From Lachnospiraceae bacterium (lineage in GTDB: Bacteria; Bacillota; Clostridia; Lachnospirales; Lachnospiraceae), in the NCBI GenBank assembly GCA_024684155.1, contig JAIKXK010000265.1:1-33942 (forward strand): a stretch of DNA of 33,942 bases, in the 5' to 3' direction. Shown here in pieces: positions 17,759 through 24,552 of the stretch (positions within the stretch are counted from its first letter, which is position 1; each line of letters begins with the position of its first letter). The notes under the pieces were generated by a model. It was not told the DNA's origin, ran no database searches, and was given only the letters and a program-made list of their open reading frames with translations. The translations under genes were made by a program, and so were the position numbers.

Positions 17759-19402
17759 ATGATAGAAGTATTTGCGGATGTAATGAAAAACTTTTTAGAG
17801 TTTTTCAATGGAAATTATACTTATATAGTTTTATATGTATTGGCCTTAATTGTAATGGTTATCTGGATGAAGAAAAAAGATGTGACAAAGAATCTTATCT
17901 GGATGAGTATTCTATTATCTATTGTAATTTTCTGCCCAATTACTGCAAAGATAATTATGGTGGGACTTGGAGATAATGTATATTGGAGGATGTTTTGGCT
18001 ATATCCATTCATTCCAGTTATTTCAGTTGCATTGACTTTATTAGTATCAAAGGTAAAGCATAAATTGTTACGTTTTTTTGCAGTGGGAATGTGCGGAGTG
18101 TTTATTCTTTTGGCCGGGAATTCCGTCATCAGTAAGGAATTGTTTGATCGAGCAGAAAACTATGAAAAGACTCCACAGTACGTAATAGAAGTTTGTAACA
18201 TGATTAACGAGGATGCAAAAGAGCAGAATATTACAGATAAAAAATTAGCAACCTGCTCAGCATTTTTATTATATGTGAGACAATATGATGCTACATTAAA
18301 AATGGAAAATAGTAGAGAAAACATTCGTGGGTTTGATGATAGAGAAAATGCATCTATGATTTTTCAATACTTATGTGGTCAAAATGAGAGCATTGATTAT
18401 GATGAGCTGGCAGAATTACTTCGGGAAGAAAACTGTTCCTACATTGTTTTAGATATGGAATATCAGACAGAAATGGGAAGCGAATTAGTAAATCGGGGCT
18501 TTACTCCTGTTGGAAATTATGGACAGTATTATGTTTATAGAGATGGATTCATCAATCTTATGGAACCAATTGAAAACAACGAAGTGGTCAGTCAGTTTGC
18601 AACTTCTGATTCGGGATATTTAATCGGACAATACGCGTCCTTAACAGGGGATCAATCTTCCTTTTATACTATTACAGATACAAAAGGACATTTGATTGTT
18701 ATTGACGGAGGATGGAAAGGGGATAGCGAATATGTTCGTCAGGTAATTGATTACTTTGGCGGAAAAGTGGATGCCTGGATTATTACACATCCTCACTTTG
18801 ACCATGTTCGTGCCTTTAATACCTTAATGGCATCAGAAAACTGCCCAGAAATCACTACGATTTATGCTTCTGAATTTGATTATGATCAATATAAAGAAGA
18901 AGCCAAAAACTGGGATCATTTTGAAGACTTTGAAGATTTTTTAAGCGTTACAAAGGATGCTACGAATTTAGAATATTTACATGCAGGAGACTCTTTGGAA
19001 ATTTGTGGCTTACAAGTGGATGTTTACCATGATTATTCTACCAAAGATGGGGGAGATGCCTGTAATGATGGTTCTTTGGTTTTTGAAGTGACAGCAAACC
19101 AACAAAGTATGCTCTTTTGTGGAGATACAGGAGAGGAACAGTCAGAGACGATTATAGAAAATTATGGAGAACAACTTTCAGCAGATTATCTTCAAATGGG
19201 ACACCACGGAAATGGCGGGTTAAATGAAGAATTCTATAAATTAGTTTCTCCTTCAGTGGCTTTTTTCGATGCACCAGAGTGGCTTATGAATCCAGAGGGA
19301 GAAACTACCTATACCACACCTGAAAATCGTGAGTTGATGGAGTCCCTAGGTGCAAAGATTTATTATTTTAATACAGCACCAAATTATATTATTTTGGATT
19401 AA
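17759..19402 (+). CDS. Membrane-anchored metallo-beta-lactamase-fold hydrolase (ComEC/Pce-type MBL domain), 4 N-terminal TM helices
   Basis: There are 4 TMs in aa 20-123, with KKKDVTK and SKVKHKLLR loops. The MBL motifs are VIDGG, THPHFDH (HxHxDH, 18788-18805), LFCGDTGEE and LQMGHHGNGG, the last being the ComEC-like xHHGS motif. The positive-inside rule places the C-terminal 420 aa outside the membrane. Confidence 0.7.
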   Translation: MIEVFADVMKNFLEFFNGNYTYIVLYVLALIVMVIWMKKKDVTKNLIWMSILLSIVIFCPITAKIIMVGLGDNVYWRMFWLYPFIPVISVALTLLVSKVKHKLLRFFAVGMCGVFILLAGNSVISKELFDRAENYEKTPQYVIEVCNMINEDAKEQNITDKKLATCSAFLLYVRQYDATLKMENSRENIRGFDDRENASMIFQYLCGQNESIDYDELAELLREENCSYIVLDMEYQTEMGSELVNRGFTPVGNYGQYYVYRDGFINLMEPIENNEVVSQFATSDSGYLIGQYASLTGDQSSFYTITDTKGHLIVIDGGWKGDSEYVRQVIDYFGGKVDAWIITHPHFDHVRAFNTLMASENCPEITTIYASEFDYDQYKEEAKNWDHFEDFEDFLSVTKDATNLEYLHAGDSLEICGLQVDVYHDYSTKDGGDACNDGSLVFEVTANQQSMLFCGDTGEEQSETIIENYGEQLSADYLQMGHHGNGGLNEEFYKLVSPSVAFFDAPEWLMNPEGETTYTTPENRELMESLGAKIYYFNTAPNYIILD

Positions 19403-19421
19403 ACGACAATAGGAGTATAGT

Positions 19422-20774
19422 ATGCAGGGAAAGAAAAAAATATTTACCATTGTGTTTTTTGCATTTGCAGGAGCACATATTTTAACATTTACCCACGGAG
19501 ATTCTACTAGAATTATGGAATGGGCGAAGCTATTTTTAGATAGCTTGTTTTCTGGAAATATTAGAAATTATGCTGAAGTATTATTGGATAAAGATATCCC
19601 TTCAAACTACAGCATTTTTATTCATATTATAAATTCCATTTGGGTGCTTCCTGTATATGGGATTGATACTTTTATAGATGGAGATATACCTTTATATGTG
19701 TATTCCATGTGGCACCGTGTGCTGTCAGTTCTGCTTACGTTTATTACTATGGGCTATATAGAAAAAATAGGAATACATTTTGGTGTGTCTAGGGAAAAAA
19801 TGGAAGTTGCTACGTTTTTCTATGGCATTTCTACACCACTAATTGTAGGAACTTATGCTATGGGACAAATTGATGCATACCCAACGTTGTTTATGGTAAT
19901 GGGGTTATATTATTTGCTTGAAGAAAAAACGACAGAATCCATTTTATCCTTTTCAGTGATTTTATTTTTAAAACCGTTTGCCTTTATGTATATAGCTCCT
20001 ATGCTGCTGTTATATTTTGCAGATAAATGGAAAAAAGCAATTCCTTATGGAGTATTAGTCGGTATAGTTTGGATTGTGAAAAAACTTGTTACAAAGATAT
20101 TTATCGGATATGGAGATATGGTCTATGTAGAAGAGGTGGAATGGGATCATTTAAGCTTCTTTTTCACTTCAGAGATAAATGTCTTACCACTTTTTGTATT
20201 AACGGTGGGAGTTGTACTTTGTATCTGTTTTGTAAAGGGCATGAAAGGAAAGGTGAAAGAGTGGGATTATATTTACTATCCATATGTAGTATTTTTAGCT
20301 TTTGTAGCATTTAACTTTTGGAATCCCCAGTGGTTTTTGTATGGGATGCCTTTTATCACAATTATATTGTGTAAGATGTGTAATGAAGCAGAAGCAATGG
20401 CTTTTGGTGCAGGCATAAATGGGGCATATTTACTCTTTAACTATTGTGCTTTTAATGGCATGGTGGAAAGTAATATGATTGCAGGTGGACTTATTGCAAA
20501 AACAAGTGGCATTAAGTGGAAAAGTGCAAGCTTACTTGGATTAATTGCAAATAAAATGCCTACAATATCAGGGTACATAACTTCAATTAGTTTAGGAATA
20601 TTAGTGGCTTGTATGATATATGTTTGTTATGCTACTAGGAAAGAGACGTTAGAAGCAGAAGTAGTGGATGCATCTTTGTTTGAAAATAAGAAAAAAGCTT
20701 TTTTGGTTTTATTTGTGATGATATCCATATTTATGATTATATATTCTTATTTTGAGCTATTTAGATGGAATTAA
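19422..20774 (+). CDS. Polytopic membrane protein of unknown function (possible GT-C glycosyltransferase, polymerase or ligase)
   Basis: 450 aa with about 11-12 hydrophobic segments. The N-terminal MQGKKK (inside) is followed by TM1 and then THGDSTRIMEW opening an external loop. TAGGAG lies upstream. I recognise no soluble domain or named motif. Confidence 0.4.
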   Translation: MQGKKKIFTIVFFAFAGAHILTFTHGDSTRIMEWAKLFLDSLFSGNIRNYAEVLLDKDIPSNYSIFIHIINSIWVLPVYGIDTFIDGDIPLYVYSMWHRVLSVLLTFITMGYIEKIGIHFGVSREKMEVATFFYGISTPLIVGTYAMGQIDAYPTLFMVMGLYYLLEEKTTESILSFSVILFLKPFAFMYIAPMLLLYFADKWKKAIPYGVLVGIVWIVKKLVTKIFIGYGDMVYVEEVEWDHLSFFFTSEINVLPLFVLTVGVVLCICFVKGMKGKVKEWDYIYYPYVVFLAFVAFNFWNPQWFLYGMPFITIILCKMCNEAEAMAFGAGINGAYLLFNYCAFNGMVESNMIAGGLIAKTSGIKWKSASLLGLIANKMPTISGYITSISLGILVACMIYVCYATRKETLEAEVVDASLFENKKKAFLVLFVMISIFMIIYSYFELFRWN

Positions 20775-20903
20775 TTCCATTTGAATATAAAATGGTGAGT
20801 GGGCATGAAGTTCTTAATGTGCTGCGAGTTAGGAATGAAATGTCTTTTGGTTTTGTGCTTTAAAATGCTCGAAAGAGTAAATTTTGCATGGAGGAAAAAA
20901 TAA

Positions 20904-22196
20904 ATGAAAAAATTTTTCAGCAAAAAGAGAAACATAGTGATTGCCGTAATTGTTGTAATTGCATTAGCTGCAGCAGGTGTTGGCGGATACTATTATTTCT
21001 TTGTTGGAACAAGTAGCGAGGATATTGCATATGTGTCCAGCGTAGCAACAATTACAGGCCAGACTGCAAATGGATTAAATAATCGCTATGCAGGTGTTGT
21101 AGAGGCCGAAGAGACTTGGAGTGTAGCATTGGATAGTTCTTTAACGGTTAGTGAGACTTATGTTGAAGTAGGACAGGAGGTAGAGGCAGATACTCCTTTA
21201 TTTTCCTATGATATGACTGAAACAGAAGCATCCCTTCGAAGTGCACAGTTAGAACTAGAAAGATTAAACAACGAACTTACTGCAATGCAAACAGATTTAA
21301 ATGAGTTAGTTGCTGCAAGGGATGCAACAGGGGATGAAAGTGCAAAGGCGGAATATACAGTTGAAATTCAACAGTCCCAGTTAGATATTACCTCAAAGCA
21401 GTATGATATTACTTCGAAAAAAGAGGAAATTACAAAACTTCAGGAAACGTTAAATAAGGGAACGGTAAACAGTAAAATCGCAGGAGTGGTAAAGTCAATT
21501 GCATCATCAGATAGTAGTGAGATGTCTGATTCAAATGCATTTATTACCATTGTAAATATGAATAAGTTCCAAATTAAAGGAAGTGTAAATGAACAGAATT
21601 TAGCTTCTTTATCTGCAGATTTACCAGTCATTGTGTATTCAAGATCAGATAGCGAGGCTTATTGGAAGGGAACGATTACAAAGGTAGATTCGAATAATGC
21701 TACAAGTAATGGTTCTGATGAGACTGACTCAGATGAAATGACGTCTTCCTCTAACTACCCATTCTATGTTTCAGTAGAAGATACCACTGGTTTAAATATG
21801 GGACAGCACGTTTATATTGAACTAGACCAAGGACAGTTGGAAGAGGATACTTCTGCTATTTCATTAGAGGAATACTATATCGATATGACAGATGAACAAA
21901 ATCCATTTGTTTGGGTGGATGAAGATGGTAAGCTGGCAAAACGAAGTGTAACCCTTGGCGAATATAATGAGGATACCATGACCTACGTAATAACAGATGG
22001 GTTAGACCTTACTGACTTAATTGCAGTGCCTTATGAAGGATTAAAAGAGGGTATGGAGACTTCAAATATGGATGAAGTAGATACAGAGGATGTCAGTGAA
22101 GAAGGTGACTACGAAGAGTCTGAAGAATCAGAAGGCGATGTAGAAGAATTAACCGATGATTCTGAAATGGAAGATGAGGGTGAAATAGAGGAGTAA
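20904..22196 (+). CDS. HlyD/MacA-family membrane-fusion (periplasmic adaptor) protein 1, with acidic C-terminal tail
   Basis: An N-terminal TM (IVIAVIVVIALAAAGVGGYYYFF), lipoyl halves (RYAGVVEAEE..VEVGQEVEADTPLFSYD and KIAGVVKSI), a coiled-coil hairpin (SLRSAQLELERLNNELTAMQTDLNEL..) and a beta-barrel/MP domain. The last 42 aa (22068-22193) are overwhelmingly D/E/S. Confidence 0.8.
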   Translation: MKKFFSKKRNIVIAVIVVIALAAAGVGGYYYFFVGTSSEDIAYVSSVATITGQTANGLNNRYAGVVEAEETWSVALDSSLTVSETYVEVGQEVEADTPLFSYDMTETEASLRSAQLELERLNNELTAMQTDLNELVAARDATGDESAKAEYTVEIQQSQLDITSKQYDITSKKEEITKLQETLNKGTVNSKIAGVVKSIASSDSSEMSDSNAFITIVNMNKFQIKGSVNEQNLASLSADLPVIVYSRSDSEAYWKGTITKVDSNNATSNGSDETDSDEMTSSSNYPFYVSVEDTTGLNMGQHVYIELDQGQLEEDTSAISLEEYYIDMTDEQNPFVWVDEDGKLAKRSVTLGEYNEDTMTYVITDGLDLTDLIAVPYEGLKEGMETSNMDEVDTEDVSEEGDYEESEESEGDVEELTDDSEMEDEGEIEE

Positions 22197-22213
22197 TCCC
22201 GGAGGAGAATAAA

Positions 22214-22936
22214 TTGATTTTAGAAATGAAAAACGTTTATAAAGATTTTCCTCAGGGAGATTTCACTGTAAACGTATTAAAACATATTAATATTCAAATC
22301 CAAGAAGGCGATTATGTTGCTATTACTGGACCATCCGGTTCTGGAAAAACCACAATGATGAACTTAATCGGTTGCTTGGATTCAGTTACCAAAGGCCAAA
22401 TGATTTTGGATGGAGAGGATGTTAGCTCTTATACAGATAATCAACTTTCTGATTTAAGACTCCATAAAATTGGATTTGTATTTCAGAACTTTGAATTGTT
22501 AGGACAAAAGAGTGCAATTAAAAATGTTTGTGTTCCTTTGGCTTTTGCAGGAGTTCCGAAAAAAGAACAAATGGAAAGAGCAAAGGAAGCTTTAGAGAGG
22601 GTAGGATTAGGAGAGAGATTAGATTTCAAACCAAATCAGTTATCCGGTGGACAAAAACAAAGGGTTGCAATTGCAAGAGCCATGATCAATCGTCCACGTA
22701 TTTTACTTGCAGATGAGCCTACAGGTGCATTAGATTCAGCATCAGGAAAGGCAGTAATGGAGCTCTTTCAGCAGTTAAATGATGAAGGAACTACTATTAT
22801 AATGATTACTCATGACGCAGATGTTGCAGCAAAGGCGAAACGCAGAGCTGTAATGCGAGATGGTATATTAACTTCAGATGATGAGACTTTGGTACCACCT
22901 TATGAGGGAGAGGAGGTGCCTGAAAATGACCAATAA
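22214..22936 (+). CDS. MacB-family ABC transporter ATP-binding protein
   Basis: Walker A GPSGSGKTT, Q-loop, LSGGQKQRVAIARA, ILLADEPTGALD and ITHD. TTG 22214 lies 7 nt after GGAGGAG; ATG 22226 is an alternative start. The N-terminus MILEMKNVYKDF fits the family consensus. Confidence 0.9.
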   Translation: MILEMKNVYKDFPQGDFTVNVLKHINIQIQEGDYVAITGPSGSGKTTMMNLIGCLDSVTKGQMILDGEDVSSYTDNQLSDLRLHKIGFVFQNFELLGQKSAIKNVCVPLAFAGVPKKEQMERAKEALERVGLGERLDFKPNQLSGGQKQRVAIARAMINRPRILLADEPTGALDSASGKAVMELFQQLNDEGTTIIMITHDADVAAKAKRRAVMRDGILTSDDETLVPPYEGEEVPENDQ

Positions 22937-24533
22937 AGAGTGGAGTCTTAAGAAAAAGATTATTGTTGGCATTCTTGTTGGAATTCTCATATTTGCATTA
23001 GTGATTGGTGTCGTTTATATCGCTGTGTATTCTAATATGGGAAAGGTTCGCGTTATCCCTGTATCTGATGCCATTGGATATGATTCTGATTCTGATCAGT
23101 ATACTATGGAAGGAAGTATTAGCACAGGGGTTACTCAAGATGTAACAACAGAAGATGGAAAAGTTTCTGAAATTTTAGTAAAGGTTGGAGACTATGTTGA
23201 AAAGGGCACTGCTTTAGTGAGATTAGATGCAACTGAAGCTCAACTTCAATTAGAACAGGCGAAAATTGATTTACAATCAAAGCAGGTTGATTTGAATAAT
23301 GCTTATGCAAAGCAGGAAATGCTGAATAATGCTCAAAGTTATGTAGAGACAATAAAAGTTCCTGTGGATTCTGATGATGAAGACAGTTCTGAAAGCGATT
23401 CTGATTCTTCTAGTGAAAGTTCTGATTCATCATCAGATTCAGAGTCTTCTGATGATAGCGATTCCGATTCAGAGTCTTCCGAAGAAAGTGATTCAGATTC
23501 TGATTCATCTGAAGAAAGTGACTCGGATTCCGATTCGTCCAGTGATAGTTCTGATTCATCATCAGATTCAGAATCAGAGTCTTCCGAAGAAAGTGATTCA
23601 GAAACTGAGTATAAGGAAGTGGTAGTGGAAACAGATGAACCACAATTTCAAACTTCGGATGGGACTATTTATTCAGAATCAGAATTACGAAAAGAAAAGA
23701 CTTCTACAGAAAATGACATTAGAGATTTACAAACGGATATTAAGGAAGCTCAGGTAAATATAGAAAATGCACAGGAAACTTTAGATAACTGTACCGTAAA
23801 AGCAACCTTGGATGGTTATGTGACAAAGGTGTCTGAAACCGCAATTAAAAGCGACACTTCTGAAGAGGACTCAGATGAGGATGAAGAAGAACTAGATGGG
23901 GAAATCGATACCTCATCAGATATTGTTTCAGATACAGATGATAGCATGGAAGATGATGGGGTTATTGTCCAGGTGTCTTCCTTGGATGGTTTATTTGTGA
24001 AATCTGCTATGAGTGAATGGCGATTAGAAAAATTTGGTGTGGGAGACACTGTCTATGTCATGGATTGGGAAAGTGGCAATACCTATAAGGCAACCATTAC
24101 TACTATTTCTTCTTATGCTTCTGAATATTATTCACAGATGTATCAGTATATGGGAGGAACTTCATCAAGTTACTATCCTTTTACAGCGCAGATTACAGAA
24201 GATGGAACAGGACTTACTGCTGGAGATTATGTAGATGTTTCTTTTAGCGCTTCCATGGATATGGATAGCGATGAGGAAGAATACACTGAAGATGGACCAA
24301 TTAGCCTGATGAAAGCATTTGTTCGCACTGAAAATGGAAAGAAGTACGTTTATGTAAGAGGTGAGAATGACAAATTAAAGAAACAGTATGTAACTGTTGA
24401 TAGTCAGTCTCAGGAAACCTATACCATATCAGAGGGTCTTACCTATGATGATTATATCGCGTTCCCTTATGGAAATAATGTAAGAGAAGGCGCATTAACG
24501 GTAGAAGGTAGCATTGATGAATTATATGAATAA
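22926..24533 (+). CDS. HlyD/MacA-family membrane-fusion protein 2, carrying an 81-aa Ser/Asp/Glu tract in the hairpin region
   Basis: ATG 22926 follows GGAGGAGG and overlaps the ATPase stop by 11 nt; the ORF-track start 22878 is an over-extension. Features are a TM (IIVGILVGILIFALVIGVVYIAV), a lipoyl half (ILVKVGDYVEKGTALVRLD), helix 1 (EAQLQLEQAKIDLQSKQVDLNNAYAKQEMLNNAQ), the S/D/E tract, helix 2 (RKEKTSTENDIRDLQTDIKEAQVNIENAQETLDNC) and LDGYVTKV. Confidence 0.8.
   Translation: MTNKEWSLKKKIIVGILVGILIFALVIGVVYIAVYSNMGKVRVIPVSDAIGYDSDSDQYTMEGSISTGVTQDVTTEDGKVSEILVKVGDYVEKGTALVRLDATEAQLQLEQAKIDLQSKQVDLNNAYAKQEMLNNAQSYVETIKVPVDSDDEDSSESDSDSSSESSDSSSDSESSDDSDSDSESSEESDSDSDSSEESDSDSDSSSDSSDSSSDSESESSEESDSETEYKEVVVETDEPQFQTSDGTIYSESELRKEKTSTENDIRDLQTDIKEAQVNIENAQETLDNCTVKATLDGYVTKVSETAIKSDTSEEDSDEDEEELDGEIDTSSDIVSDTDDSMEDDGVIVQVSSLDGLFVKSAMSEWRLEKFGVGDTVYVMDWESGNTYKATITTISSYASEYYSQMYQYMGGTSSSYYPFTAQITEDGTGLTAGDYVDVSFSASMDMDSDEEEYTEDGPISLMKAFVRTENGKKYVYVRGENDKLKKQYVTVDSQSQETYTISEGLTYDDYIAFPYGNNVREGALTVEGSIDELYE
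23367..23609 (+). repeat. Imperfect tandem/dispersed coding repeat encoding 81 consecutive S/D/E residues (one T)
   Basis: The translation is DSDDEDSSESDSDSSSESSDSSSDSESSDDSDSDSESSEESDSDSDSSEESDSDSDSSSDSSDSSSDSESESSEESDSETE. One 26-nt exact repeat occurs at 23418-23443 and 23547-23572 (offset 129). One 29-nt exact repeat occurs at 23469-23497 and 23574-23602 (offset 105). Both offsets are multiples of 3. Confidence 0.95.
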
Positions 24534-24552
24534 TAAGAAATAAGAGGCGATT

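Noticed and set aside
20765-20780. A perfect 16-bp palindrome, ATGGAATTAATTCCAT, spanning the stop codon of the 450-aa membrane protein, considered as a terminator or operator
   Set aside because: As RNA it gives only a 6-bp AU-rich stem with a 4-nt loop and no U-tract. As an operator there is no second copy or adjacent promoter I can support. A chance AT-rich palindrome is plausible.
20792-20863. A 23-codon sORF (MVSGHEVLNVLRVRNEMSFGFVL) in the gap before adaptor 1, and a 29-codon sORF starting at 30927 that runs through the terminator
   Set aside because: Neither has a Shine-Dalgarno sequence or a recognisable peptide class (no leader or double-glycine motif). The second is made of terminator and promoter sequence.
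23367-23609. The repeat region as a CRISPR array or other non-coding repeat
   Set aside because: The repeats are short, imperfect and in frame, they have no spacer structure, and they lie inside an uninterrupted ORF flanked by clear HlyD-family sequence. This is a coding low-complexity repeat.
15339-24234. Plus-strand nested ORFs in alternative frames (15339-15548, 17458-17754, 20027-20314, 22528-22716, 23374-23625, 24034-24234)
   Set aside because: They are embedded in well-supported longer CDS, have no RBS and have odd composition. 23374-23625 and the antisense 23410-23643 are open only because the Ser/Asp repeat DNA lacks stop codons in several frames.
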